Positions 43,201 to 56,477 of a stretch of DNA of 64,000 nucleotides are shown piece by piece. Origin of the DNA: Trichosphaerium sp. ATCC 40318 (Eukaryota; Protista; Tubulinea). The DNA is taken from contig JALMLS010000062.1 in the NCBI GenBank assembly GCA_038496445.1, positions 674,870 to 738,869 of the forward strand, in the 5' to 3' direction. How positions within the stretch are numbered: position 1 is the stretch's first letter; every line of letters begins with the position of its first letter. Under the pieces are notes generated by a model that worked only from the letters and a program-made list of their open reading frames with translations, was not told the origin of the DNA and did not search any database. The translations under genes and the position numbers were made by a program.

Positions 43201-44058
43201 ACAGACCAGAGGTCGGTCTTGTTCGTGTATTTATGAGACATCAATATTTCTGGTGCCTGTAACGCGATAAGCCTGTTATGTCGCCAAAGAAGGTAATAAT
43301 TGTACCATGTACAAAGGACTGCCTAGAAATGACTCCATCAATTCGGTAGGTTCCTCTCTCGCGAATCCGAAATCACCAATTTTCAACGCTGCGGTGTCTG
43401 ATGCTTCAAGGAGTAACAGATTTTGTGGCTAGCGAACAGTGTAAATACAAACACCAAAAAAAAAAACAAAAAAAAAGTGTAATTCGCCGTTACCTTTAGA
43501 TCTCTGTGCACAATACGATGCGAATGTAAATGTTGTAACCCAGCGGCTTTTAAACTCGTGAGTAAACAGTTCCTACAAAAAAATCGGTGTACCAGTTTGT
43601 ATTAAAAAGTGTCTTGCGACCGCTTCTGGAAGTCTTGAACTACTTTTCTTTTGCTCGCGTTTACGCCTTGTCATGTATTGTCTAATATCGCCACCGCCGC
43701 AAAATTCCATAACAATATAGCGTTTATGGCCATTTTTCTGATATAAAAGATTAAATAATTTCAGAGATCAGTTGTAAGCAACGGAAATTCCTGCTGATGG
43801 CACCAAAGTTGGCCAACGAGTACGCACCCTATACGCGAGAAGTTGGACAAGGTTTGGATGCGAAACAGCTCCAAGTATGCGGATCTCTTGGTCCATGTAA
43901 TGTAATTCTCGCGGTTTCGCCTTAGAAGTGTCCATAACCTTTATGGCAACCTCTTGCTTTGTTTTTGTGTGCGTTCCAACGAATACAGTTGCAAAGGATC
44001 CCTTGCCCAATGCCTTGGCATGGGGTGGTAGCACGTACTCACCAACAGCAACAGACAT
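40245..44058 (-). CDS. Atg1/ULK-type Ser/Thr kinase fused to an Atg11/FIP200-like ubiquitin-like plus helical scaffold region
   Basis: Kinase motifs [18 protein letters not shown]|PQNLLL, DFGFAR, GSPLYM|APE and DLWSVG. In-frame [24 protein letters not shown]|[22 protein letters not shown]...[13 protein letters not shown]. Atg11-like motifs LEK|[10 protein letters not shown]...TLLALL and [12 protein letters not shown]-terminal coiled coil. Confidence 0.85.
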
Positions 44059-44429
44059 GCTGTAAATTATGTATTACGTGAAGTGAATGTAAAGGGTTAT
44101 ATATATTCTATCAGCAACGAGTAGACGTCAATGGTCTATCGCGGTTTTTAGTTACGAGAACAAGACTATGTTTTACCCAATGTTTTTTTTGGGTTTTCTA
44201 CAAACTTGTTAATTTCAAGCTTTTTGAGCACGTGCCGGAGAAAAAGTTAGTACAATGTTACGTAAATCAGCACGCTTATAAAGCCAACAAAATACGAGTT
44301 TTATATAGACTTAACGTTGGTCATTTCAGTATTTTAACTCGTATTTACTTTACAACGCTGCAGCAGCTATACACAAGCAATTATTTTTCATATTTGACGC
44401 TCAAAGGGGCTTTTTGATTGCAGTTTGCC

Positions 44430-45742
44430 ATGCTTCGTCTTCGTGCTACTGCAAGGCACGCTCAAACACAAAAAACAGGTAGTTAATAAGCTACAAGCGA
44501 TATTTAACGCAATTGTAAGCAGTATCGCAACTTTCTAGCCTAAGAGATGGCCGTAGAACATGCACCACCGATTATTCGTACGCCAAGGAGTGTAGAGATC
44601 TTGTTAGGTAAGAGTTACTTCAAAAAATGTACCAATTGGTCACCAAATACTCTTAGAAGCGCAGACAGAGGTAATTACATTTGCGCACTGATGTATCCAC
44701 CACATGTCAAGAAATTAGTGATCGCAAGCAGAGCAATGAACATAGAAACGGCATTGATACGCATTAAGGCAAAAGACGCAGCACGTGCAAAGATGCGTAT
44801 AACGTGGTGGCGTGACGTTGTCAATTTTGCTCTTGCAGGAAAGCCAATCCACAACCATCCCGTGTCAAATGCACTCACAGACGCCCTCAAGGATGTTTCA
44901 GTTTCAAAATTGTGGCTCAAACGGTTGCTTGATGCGCGTGAAAAGGATATAGACGCGGGGCAACCAGCAACAATGAAAGAGCTTGAGGATTATGCAGATG
45001 GCAAGTCTTAAAAATAATTGAAATTGCAACAACATAATGTTGCTCAGCCTTGTTCGCTTGCATTAACCAACTTCACAGGCACCCAATCTGCGTTATTGTA
45101 CCTAACCCTAGAAGCGTTTGGCATCAAGAATGTCAACTCGGACCACGCCGCCAGTCACGTTGGTAAAGCCGCTGGATTGTGCACTGTCATTAAGGTACAT
45201 ACATTGTGCCGACTTTAGACAATACTTGGTTGTTAACATCACGAACAGGCAATACCATTCAACGTACGAGAGGGGCTAATCACTATACCTGCTGAAATTA
45301 TGGCAAAGGCAAGATACTTTGTACGTTGTTTCTACTAACGGCCGTCACAGCACAAGCTCACTTCCAAATCACTTTTAAGTGGAGAAACAAGCAAAGAGTT
45401 GCGGGACGTAGTATACGAATTGGTACTCAACACTCGCTGAAGTTACATTGTCTAATCCCCATAGGCTGACACCGCACATGCCCACTTGGAACATGCTAGA
45501 AAGCTACCGAAACACAGCAAAGAGTGGCCAAAGGGTACTCACAAAGCTCTAATATCAGCAGTACGTAATTGAAAACTTTGTACCATTCTGGAATCTCACC
45601 AAAGGTGCAGGCTTTCATCGACGACTTTCTCGCCCTTTTGCAACAATGTAATTTTAACCCAAATGACGCGCGCCTTATACGGAAACCCACTGCGTGGCCA
45701 ATTTTAAAAGCAATTAAGAATTTCTACTTTGGTCACTTTTGA
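44430..45742 (+). CDS. NDUFAF6: Complex I assembly factor 6 (squalene/phytoene synthase-like)
   Basis: [43 protein letters not shown]|[12 protein letters not shown] and [13 protein letters not shown]. Confidence 0.9.
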
Positions 45743-46051
45743 AGAATCCTCAAATAAACACGTGTTCCTCCAAACCTAGCTTTCTTCTTTGACATTATCA
45801 ATATCTTGTGTGTACGAGCATTGCATTCCTATCGTTTATCACAACTTTTTTACTTAACTTGCAACTGATTCTAAGCCCAACTGTGTTCACCACAGCAACT
45901 TGCGCGGAAATAAGCGACAAATGCTAAAATCGATAGCCTCAATTCGAAAAATTAACGCGGTAGAATTTGGCGCAAAAAAATCGCAAAACAAAATTAATTG
46001 CTTTGACTAAAATTATTTCTTGTTTGTTTTACTAATCCACTTCAGCACATC

Positions 46052-47310
46052 ATGGTACGTGTCGTATATTTGTTTTTCGTAGCGTGGTGCATTGTATAGT
46101 GCCACTGCAACACGTATCTCTCATTTTTCCTGATCGCTGTGTAGCCTTGGTTAAAGCTTCAAAAGACTAGAGCCTTCTTCGCCCGCTACAAGGTCCGTTA
46201 TCGACGACGAAGAGGTACGTTCTAATCGTTTTACTGTGACTGGCTCTGATCTGCTTTTAAAGAGGGAAAAACCAACTACCACTTGAGGAAACGTCTTGTT
46301 GCTCAATACAAAACCAAGTATGATGCTCCAAAATACAGATTGGTTGTCAGAATTGTACGTATAATGCGCATTACGCGTTCAAAAGATGTGGAAGCTATTC
46401 TCTGACATTTCTTGCACCAGACTAACAAAGATGTTGTTTGCCAAATCATCTACGCCAGAATTGTTGGTGATTTCGTACTTTGCTGCGCATACGCCCACGA
46501 ATTGCCACGCTACGGAATCAAAGTTGGTCTCACAAACTACGCTGCTTGCTACGCAACAGGTCTATTGCTCGCACGCCGCTTGAACAAACAAGTAAACCTC
46601 GCTGATACTTACGAGGGTATTACTGCCGTACGTTTTTTTATTTTATAATATCCACCAAAAACCAACCCTGTATGCTATAATTTATTTCTTACGCTCTATT
46701 TAGCCTGATGGTACACTTTCCCACACAGAAAACGAGGATGAGGAAGAAGACGAAAAGAGTCCATTCCAATGTATTCTCGATTGTGGTCTACACGTCTGCT
46801 CCACTGGTGCTAGAGTAAGTTTTTTTGCTTACATTTTTACCAAAACCTTTGCAACAACATCAAAATAATCCATGTTAACGTCATTTTCCTCTTTAGATTT
46901 TTGCTGCTGTTAAGGGTGTATCTGATGGTGGTTTGTACATTAGCCACTCTGAAAAGAGATTTGTTGGTTTCAACGAGCGCACCAAGAAGTTTAACCCAAA
47001 GGTTATGCGCAAATACATTTTTGGTGGTCATGTTGCAGATTACATGAAGAAACTTCAAGCTGACGATGAGGATCTTTACAAAAAGCAATTCTCTCGCTTC
47101 ATCAAAGAGGGCCTCACTGCTGACACACTTGAAGCCATGTACAAAAAGGGTCACGACGCTATTCGCGCCAAACCTGAAATGGTCAAAACTGCAAAGAAGA
47201 CCGGCTGCGAGAGATACCCACGCCCACGCAAACTCACATGGGAGGAAAGAACCGCGAATCGCGAAAAGAAACTCGAATTGTTGCGTCAACAAGCTATCGC
47301 TGGCGCTTAA
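46052..47310 (+). CDS. RPL5: 60S ribosomal protein L5 (uL18)
   Basis: RRRR|[58 protein letters not shown] and [11 protein letters not shown]. Confidence 0.97.
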
Positions 47311-47670
47311 TATGGGTTTGGCGAAAACAAATAAAAAGAATTCGACACTCCAAACTCTGGACTTGCCTTTTTTATTAAGAATCGTGATTTTTACATTCAA
47401 AAAAAACTTTTTCATTAGTAGGCTCAAGTGGCCGCTTCTCCATCGCTAGGGGGCTCCTTTGTAGCGAATGCGCGTTAGTCACAAAAACGGTGTACCGACT
47501 GATCGCGCATGTGGCTTATGGCGAGTTTTAAGGTACACAGAATTAACACACCAAGCCTGTACAGTAGGCCCCACCCGAAAGTGCACGCCACACTACTAAG
47601 TGCATCACTTTTTGCACATCGACGAGTTTTTAAAAGGCGAAACCCTCGTCGTCTATTTCACTGCCGAACA

Positions 47671-49598
47671 ATGTCCAGTAAAGATGACGTTACTTCCTTG
47701 CCTATTGAGACGCTCCTAAAGCTTCGCCAACAGAACAAAGGAACATATCGAAACCACCGCCGTATAGGTGAAGATATTAGCGATTTGCGCGAGCACGTAA
47801 AGTTTCTGTATGAAGCTACGCCTATGGCACCAGAATATAATGGTTTTGACGTCGAATTCAATGTACGGCGCTCTACTGACGCACAAGCAAATTTCACTTG
47901 CGACAATGGACGCTGCTGGCATTGTAGTTTTAATTTATGCCGTAGATAGCCAGTTTGTTTTCGCTACACTTTTTTTTTTATTTTTTAGTCGTTTATTTAC
48001 AAAAAATTCTGTTTGCTTAGTATTGTTTTGTAGTTCATTGAGAGGAGAACAGGCCAAGAGGATTTCGAAAAAAATTACACTACAGCAAACCTAGAAGTCA
48101 ATCGCAACAAAAACCGTTATACGAACGTATTACCACGTACGTTTCCCGTAGTATATACAAGCGTAATTTGTAAATTTATGAGAGCGCTTTAAAAACCGTT
48201 GTACACGTACAAACGCTACAATTACCCAAAAAAACATACAAGAAAAAACGCCTGTTAACCATCAATGCAGCTGAGGATACGCGCGTTTCGCTTGACATGT
48301 TGCAGTCACAGGAAGGCACTGATTACATAAATGCGAATTTCATTGCTGTACGTTCAGTTGCTACAAGTAGGCCAGTACTTGCTTGTTTAATTAAATTGCG
48401 GGAGGGAAGCTGGTGGTTATACTTTTTGTAAATTATCGCACTTGGTCACGTAACGATACTGACGGGCACTTCCAAGGGTGATGTTTCAGCCAGAGAATTT
48501 ATTTCAACACAAGGGCCACTGCCTAACACAGTATGCGATTTTTGGCGTATGATTTGGGAACACAAGTCAACAGTTATTGTCATGCTAACAAAGGAAACTG
48601 AAAATGGAAGAGTACGTGCTTTTTTTTTGGTTGTCGCAACGCTCAAAAGCTCTTTCGTTTTTTTTTTAAACACGGTCTACATACCACCAAGCGTTGTTAT
48701 CCCTTTTTTTTGATTTGTTGTACCAATCTTGCGCTAGGAAAAATGCCATCGCTACTGGCCAGAAAAACGTGAGACACTTGTATTCGATAGCATACGCGTT
48801 CAATCCATAAGTGAGGACACAAACAAGCCGTACCTGGTTGAACGTCGTTTAGTCATAAGTCATGTTGATGTACGTCTTAGATTTATGCGTGGTGTACCAT
48901 TTAGGAACTATATCACACCTTTGTTTTTACCCCCTTTGATTCTTATTTTGTCGTGTACTTACAGCCATAATGCATTAGGAACCAGAAGTGCGTCGAGATG
49001 TATGGCACTTGCAATACACAGCGTGGCCTGATCACGGCTTGCCTTCAGACACATCTACGTTTCTATCACTGATTGCGATGGTTGATGACTGGAACCAAGG
49101 CAAGGCACCTATCGCTGTACACTGCAGGTACGCAACACGAGCTCAGAGTACAAGTGTTTTGACAGCGGCACGTCATTAGCGCTGGGATTGGCCGGACTGG
49201 CACATTTTGTACTGTACACAACACGATACACCAGCTACGCCGTATTGAGGCAGAGAGGGGCGAAGTACCCTTAATGAATATAGTTAAAGCCGTTCTTGAT
49301 TTACGCGACCAACGTCCAGGCATGGTGCAAACAAAGGTGCGTTACCAGTAAAGAGTATATCCACGACGGTTTGCGTGTAATATTGAACAATTGACTATTA
49401 ACCATATTTTGGATTTTACACATTGTTCAAGCGTGGTATTGACAGTTTGTGGCTTAGGACCAATACAAATTTTGTTATTTGGCTGTTCTGGACGAGTACA
49501 ACAAGATTGTAGAAAACGCTGAAAAAAAATACAAACAAAAAAAACACCTTGAGGGCACTGTTCCTTCAGACAAAGATACGGAGGACAAAAAATTGTAA
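47671..49598 (+). CDS. Classical protein tyrosine phosphatase (non-receptor)
   Basis: [22 protein letters not shown]...[23 protein letters not shown]|SAGIGRTG and QRPGMVQT. Confidence 0.93.
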
Positions 49599-49956
49599 CA
49601 CTAATTCCATTCACCAAAACGTACTGTTGGTAGTGAAGGAAAATTAAAAAAAAATAAAGTAAAAAGAATTCACCAAAAAAAAGAAACTTTACAAAGGTTT
49701 TGACAGCTCTTTTTACCAACTCCGACACTGGTCATACCTATTTGCAGTACGTTCATTGTACCTTTGGCGAATAGATGTGTTTTTAGTAGTTTTCAAGTTC
49801 TCTATTATTGAAACCCACCAATATATTAAAAAAACGCCTCCAGTCACGTGCGCCTCAAGTGGTGCATTTGAGAAGGGTGCTAAGATCCAAGCAGTGCACA
49901 TATGGCTATCACACAACCTCGCTTAGTTCTCGGTCGACAATTACAACAGCACTAGA

Positions 49957-50446
49957 ATGAAGCTTCTTCTCGTTGTATTCGCCATTTTTGCGCTAGCTTG
50001 TGCCTCCACGGAGAGTTCTGAAAAGACAGAGGGAGAAAAAAAAAATAGTTACTTTGACGCTGACCCTTCTACAATCACCTTCCCCCCACAGACGCCTCCA
50101 TTATCGTTGTTCGCCTGTAATGCTACGGCTGTATCTGGCTGTGGTATCGCGTCTAGTTGCGAGAGTTTCGTCGATGCTTGTAATCGCGCCCAAGAACACG
50201 GTCTCGTTGGCATGGTAAAGTACGTAAAACAATATTAATTTATAAAATGGATCTATTTTTTTTACAGTTCTGCTTGCGACGCGAATATCCTGTTACTTAC
50301 GCCTAACTTTTGTAATAGACAATGCGCAAAATTACAAACGAGAGGTGGATATCTGTGCCTCCCAGATCCTGGCTTTGCTAGCACTGGTGCTTCACCACCT
50401 GTTTGCACCAAAGTAGGACAAATTAAAGACCGTACGCAGCAGCTCG

Positions 50447-50481
<35 letters not shown>

Positions 50482-52364
50482 TTGTCTGTTTCATAATGGA
50501 ACAACCTTTATTATTTACGGACAAAAAAGTACTTGTTATGATTAACTTACTATGTTTAGATGTCTACTATTGTACTGACATGACTGCATACCAATGTACA
50601 GCATGGTGCAGTGGCAACTGTTATGAATTAGACGCTGTTATGGTCTTCTTAGATATGGCGCCATGATTCCAAAAATGATTTGTACAACATACTGTTTTGC
50701 GCCATTGCAACCACCACCCTTTTGACAGAATAAATTTTGCACGTATACAATTCTATTGCTTTATCAGTTTGAATCTTGCGTTGTCTTTTTCGTATTTGTA
50801 ATTCGAAGACACGTGATTGTTGACTTTTGGATACTGGCTTTCGCGCTGTTGTGTTTTATTCTTGCAGGTTTCTTTCCAAGTGTACATCATGTTGACGAGG
50901 TTATCTGTGACCAACTCGACAACGCCTACACCAAGGCAAACTTGTATTTTGTGTGTCGGCACTATTCATCGTTTTTTAGTTCTGGAAGTACAACAGGCGC
51001 AGTTATAGGCTTCGCTGTGCTCAATCTTTTGATTGGTGTCACCTTCTCGTTCTTACCATGGTGTATGCGCTCAACCAACACTAAAAAGTGGTTTAGTTGC
51101 GCAAACGTGCGTTTTTTTTAGCTGTTATGATGGTTTTCACCACTTTCAAAGGCATTTGGTGCAGGATGTTTCATAGCAGTGTCATTTACTCACCTCAGTT
51201 ACCACAACGTCGGTCATGACCGGTTATCGCATTTATAGCCTCCTAGGTCCAGAATCAGTTATGTTATTGGACAGTATTCAAGGCAGCAAACACGTGCTTG
51301 ATTTGTTTGTGTTAACACTTGTACCTCTATAGGACAATACCCAACTGCATTCACTCTCATAGGCCTGTCTTTTGTGCTAGTGTTCATTGCGTCGACAGCA
51401 ATAGAGCTATGGGTTGGCCAACGCAAAGGGTACCCTATATTTTGTATATGGAGCAGCGTTTGTCTTGTGTGCTGAAAGGCTGCTAGAGAACAAATACCTC
51501 TTCTCTCTTTTTCAGACAAATCGGGAAAGACTAGCAAAGTACCGACACTGCTTGTACATAGTTTGGCATAACTTTAATGTTTAGTCAGTGTTGGATGGAG
51601 AGCGGATTGGAACACATTCAAAAGATGGCGTTAATGTGATTCATTACTCGATTGTGTGGCTCTTTATGGCACGATCTTTTTTTTTTTCGGCCATCACTGA
51701 AGGGCCCACTATTAGGTGCTTCACGCTGCATTGGAAGGCCTCGTCTTGGGCACGTTTTATACCAGATTCTACGTTGCTGGTTCTAATATGCGTTACAGGC
51801 TTCCAATCATCAACGCAGGAGGTTGTAGCATTGGGCATTGCGATCGCTGTTCACAAGGTTTTGCAGTGCTTACTCAACCTTTATGCTAACTGCTGGAGGT
51901 GAACTAGTGGGTGGAAGCCTATGTCATAGGTACACTTTGTGTGAGGTATGTCAGTCTCTGTGTCTTCCCTTTATGGAGCATTGTCAAGGACGCGCAGATG
52001 GTCTTCCTACAGGCTTGGTACTTTACTTGCATACTCAATGGCTACGCCAGGTCGGTTTGTCACATTTTTTTGTAAGTTTTGACATTTGTCCAAGCTGGCA
52101 TAGCAGTAGGCGCACTTTTGCAACAAACCGCCTCCAATACTGCTCTTGGTGTTGTCAACGCTCTGGCAACAGGGGCATTTATGTACGTTGGCTTACATGA
52201 GTTGCTTGTCACCGAGTTCTATGGCAGCACAGGTACCGAACTAGACGCTTTTGGAACAATCTAAATGCCATTTTGCAAAAGGAACGATATTTACAGCTCT
52301 CAAATTGGGATTGTTGGCACTTGGCTTCGGTGTAGTGGCGCTACTACCATTGCTTGAATTGTAA
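49957..52364 (+). CDS. ZIP-family metal (Zn/Fe) transporter, apparently with a signal peptide and Cys-rich N-terminal ectodomain
   Basis: TM motifs AFGAGCFIAVSFTHL, HAALEGL, AIAVHK and ALATGAFMYVGLHELL. Upstream exons encode a signal peptide and Cys-rich segments. The link across ~50620-50867 is plausible but not certain. Confidence 0.75.
50449..50480. repeat. Poly-T tract (~32 nt), intronic
   Basis: Visible homopolymer. Confidence 0.9.
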
Positions 52365-52741
52365 AAGATGGAGTTGTTATGGAGTGCAACCGTGAGGACT
52401 TTGGAACCACGTTGTTAACAGTGAAAATTTGACTTATTTTCCTTGAACTGAATTATCTTAATAGAAGTGAAAAAAGCGTTCCTGATAAAGTTGATAAAAT
52501 GGTATTATTACACAAAAATTCTGAACACTCGAACAGCAACAAGTACTCCAAATAAATTTTGCAAACTACCCTGATGGAAACTGGACGCTTTATTTCAAGA
52601 ATTAACAACCCAAGCTCTGGATTTTTGCCTTTGGACTTGTTTCCAGAGGCGCATTACACTTTCCCGGCTTTGAGCACTCCTTCGTTGGTTAAACGAAGCT
52701 TGTGAGCAAACTACTTTCACCGAAGCCCACACCAACAACGT

Positions 52742-54045
52742 ATGGCTAACAAACACGCACTAAGTAGTTGTACTGATGACATTTATAGACAAATAAGCGC
52801 AAGAGATCAACATCGAGCGCGAACTCCCATGCTTCTAAGAGGAGAAGACAACGAACACCTGTGGCTCAACGCGACCCTGACGTACGTAACAAAAAAAGGA
52901 AATTGCTTTTTCTGCACCTTTTTTATGTATTCTTCACCTCACATCCATCACAACCAAACCTCACACTCATTTTAGACACTTGTTCCATTATCGGAGATGT
53001 TCATTGGTAATGCAGCGTACCCTGCTCGCGGATCTACAATCCCATTGAACTTGGCCAAGATTACGCCTCTTGGCTGGCACACCACCACGCCTCAGCCTCT
53101 TTGCTCTGTATTGAACAAGGATGGAGGCTCATACACGCTCCTGACGTGGCCTCTTGCAAGCCCTGGCGTTGCTGTTCAAGGCCATATAACAATTTTTCCT
53201 TGCTTGTACGACTGCAATCCTGATAATACTGATGGTCCTTCGTTCTCGCCAGAGCTCAATTTTGGCACAAACCTTTCCATTTATTGGGACGAGAAGGCCA
53301 AGTCTATTGTCCTTCTCGGTGGCAAGGATTGGGGCAAGCTCTCTGACTATGCGCGCTCACACACGCAGTACAAGAGGGTACGTTTATCTTTTTTTTAAAC
53401 TATTATTATTATTGTTGCTTGTTTTCATTTTCTAAACAACCCTTCCCAACACTATATTATACTCACTCAACTCTTTAGAGCAATCTTCCTAGACACCTTT
53501 GGAATTATTTGGTCATTGTGGTGGATGTACTAGGTGGTCGGTTTGTTTACAAGACTCAACCGTTCCGCAAGTTGTCTAACCGCCAATGGCGAAATGTCCG
53601 AAATAAGCCTGACAAGAACTGCATCGAAATTGGCGTTTTTGAGTACCGTGACATGGTGCACGTTAACGACAACCTCACTCGTGATGTTAATGCTTTTCTT
53701 CCTTTTTCTGCCGTGTATGGGTCGCTCACATGCCCTTCTTCGCCTGGTTTGCCATTGCCTGCGCCTCAGTCTGTCCCTGATACGACACCAAATGCTGTAT
53801 CTGCTGCACCTGGATCGCCTTGTGTATCGTCCCCTTCGACTGTGTCCTGCGATGACGATGCGTCACCTCCTTGTTCTACTGCCACATCGCAACCTCCACT
53901 CTCTCCTTCAACGTGTTCTTCTGATGAGGGAATTGCCCCTTCGTTCCCTTCCCTGTCTTCTTCCGACTCTGACATTTGGGATTTCTTGCAAGATGACAGC
54001 CAAACCTACTTTTCAAATTTTTTGGGTTTGGATGACCTCCAATAG
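52742..54045 (+). CDS. Hypothetical protein (3 exons) with globular N-terminus and Ser/Pro-rich, acidic-aromatic C-terminus
   Basis: ORF-track fragments are joined by GT-AG introns. The tail is SDSDIWDFLQDDSQTYFSNFLGLDDLQ. AATAAA follows the stop. Confidence 0.7.
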
Positions 54046-54219
54046 ACTTGACCTCTTCAAAACAATCTGTAAATAAAACCGTGTTGTATTGTAAAGGCGA
54101 TGTAGTTGTTATTTTTTTTTTTTTGGCTTGAGGATTGTGAAGGAACGCATTCAGTAATTTGTATTTTAAGTCTGGTTTTTCAACAAAACCGCCTGCGTAA
54201 CAAAATTCGTTAAACCACC

Positions 54220-54988
54220 ATGAGTCACACAGGTACTGCCAAGCTTAAACAGAACCTACTAGACCAATTGGAGCGGTTATTACAACAAAAGGCCGACTTG
54301 GACGAGTCAAAGGACGAACTTGACGACGATGAATACGAGGAGATGCTAAGCGATACAATGGAGCAATTAAAGGATTTTAGCGAGCAATTAGAGAAAATGA
54401 TATCAGGCGATATGACACTGGTGTCTGAGCTTGGTGCCATGCGTATGGTACATCTTTTCCGTTAAATAACACATGAAATGTGGTGTAATGGCAATAGTCG
54501 CACTAACTATTCGCTAGGCGCTTCAAGCTACTGTTTCAGATGCGTTCAAGACGACAGCTGTCATTAAACTGTTCGCCAAACGCGAACCAGGCCAACTGCG
54601 TAACAGACTCGCCGCGCTACAAGTAAGTTTGTTTATGATACAAAGCAACCGATTGATCGTTGGTACAGCGTGATCAAAAATTGGGAAAGTTGTCCGGTGA
54701 TGCGTATCAACAACAAGCTGTCGAAATTCTGGCAGCACTAAAAAAGTTGGGTGAAAAGGTAGGCATGTGGTTGTTCATTAGTTAATAATACCTTGTTTAG
54801 TTGACAACGCAAGAACAAGCATATCTATCCAGTCACATGACAGCATCTTTGCAACAATTTGAGCATGATGGCAGCATTGGTACATTTTGTTTTATCAAAA
54901 ACTGGATTTATTAACATTTTTAGCATCAACTTCAAAACAAGGTGTCTCCAACATAGCTGCTGCACATATTAAAAAAGCACAAAATTAA
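54220..54988 (+). CDS. LZIC: Leucine zipper and CTNNBIP1-domain protein
   Basis: LKQNLLDQLERLLQQKADL...EYEEM...TMEQLKDF...GDMTLV, AFKT..VIKLFAKREPGQLR and VEILAALKKLGEKL. Confidence 0.92.
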
Positions 54989-55516
54989 ATAAAAACCTCT
55001 TGTGAAGGTAAATCCATTTTATGTAAATTGTGGTGGAGTAAGTTACACATACACTACAAATCAATCAAGTTATCCACTCAAATTAATTCTGTTGTAAACA
55101 TTTTTCACAAAAAAAAAGAAAATTAATTGTTTATTATTGTGTTAACAACTTGGAAATAATTCACACAAACAGTGATGATAGTGAATTTCTATGTTCTTTT
55201 GTGTGACATGGGCAAATTTTGAGGTACTCAACTGAGTTGACAAGGAGCTTTTTGGAGCTGGGCTCAAAGTTGTGGCGTTTGCTTGTAGGCGTAAGCGAGT
55301 GCATTGCCCAATACTTGTTGGTTGTTGGATGCACCAGCAGTGACACCCTCCATAGGCAAGGGAGTTGGAGTAGGGTTGGGATCCTACTTTTACTCCCCCT
55401 CCTTCCCTTCCTCCTATGCCTGGTACCAAACAGGTACAAAGCCCCCTGCAACAAATTCCACTACCAAGTCCACCAAAAGCAAACCACAGACTTCGTGTCA
55501 GAAAGAACTACTATAA

Positions 55517-56393
55517 CAGGGCTGAAATTAAATAAGGCTTTTTTTGCAAAAGCCTTTTTTTTGCCACCAAATACAGCCTTATTTTTCATCAAATTGCCTT
55601 GTTTTTGCCAAAAAAAAAGCAAATATGAGGCATTGCCTTGTAATTTTGGGCTTTGGAGCCTCATATTTGGGCTAAATAGCAAGCAACTGGTTCACTAATT
55701 AGCCTTAAAATAGCCTGCATTGTTGGTCCAATAATGCCTCATTTTTAGTGCAACAATAAGGCATTTTTGCCCTCAATTTTTGGGCATAACCCAAACACCA
55801 TATACTCATAAAACAAGGCTTTATATAGACATACAATAATGATTCATTTATTAAAGTACAGTACACAAAACACAAAAAACTTCAATGTCCTCCATGTGAA
55901 AAAACCTTTAGCTAGAAAAAAAAATTAACAAAGTATTGGTATAATTTTCGCGGACTGGAAAAATGGTTTAAAGTACCTGTACTCTTGTTGTAGGTGCACT
56001 TGGGTGCTGCGGTTCGAATGGAGGCGGTTTCGTTAGAATCCATAAAATACTAAGCGCATGGTGACACTGTCTATATAAAACGTCAGTAGTAAATGGAAAA
56101 AAATGTTTAGGAAGTGTTAGTGTGGTGGAGACTTACTTTAAACCAATGCATCCTTAATGTACAATGTGTACACAACCAATGCCTAATTATTGCCTGTAAA
56201 TTTAAGGTTGGCAATGCATACAAAAAAATAGGGCAACAAAGCCTTATTTCAATGCCTGATTTTTGCCTTTGTTGCCATTGCCTTTGCAAGATCAGGCATT
56301 GCCATTTTTAAATGCCTGATTTTTGCCATCAATGCCTGATTTTAAAAAAATGCCTTCATATTTAAGGCAAAGCTTTGTTTAGTTTCAGCTCTG
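55517..56393. mobile_element. Non-autonomous TIR element (877 bp)
   Basis: 24-bp TIRs CAG(G/A)GCTGAAA(T/C)TAAA(T/C)AA(G/A)GCTTT, with TAA on both flanks. Many subterminal AAGGC/TGCCT motifs. Confidence 0.75.
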
Positions 56394-56477
56394 TAAAGAC
56401 AATTTTAGCTCAGATGAATGGATTTCAGATAATGATTTTTATTTTGACTTGTAATATTTTTATCATGTAATATCCTA

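Noticed and set aside
40245-44058. Calling the kinase TBK1/IKK
   Set aside because: The activation segment is Atg1-type (DFGFAR...GSPLYMAPE), not TBK1-type (DFGAAR...GTEEYLHP).
47509-47670. N-terminal extension of the PTP ORF
   Set aside because: It looks like promoter/UTR sequence. MSSKDD at 47671 has the A-rich start context seen in other genes here, though this is not proven.
55385-55420. Purine-rich tract (minus strand) as an LTR-retrotransposon PPT
   Set aside because: No LTR pair, PBS or gag/pol remnants were recognisable.
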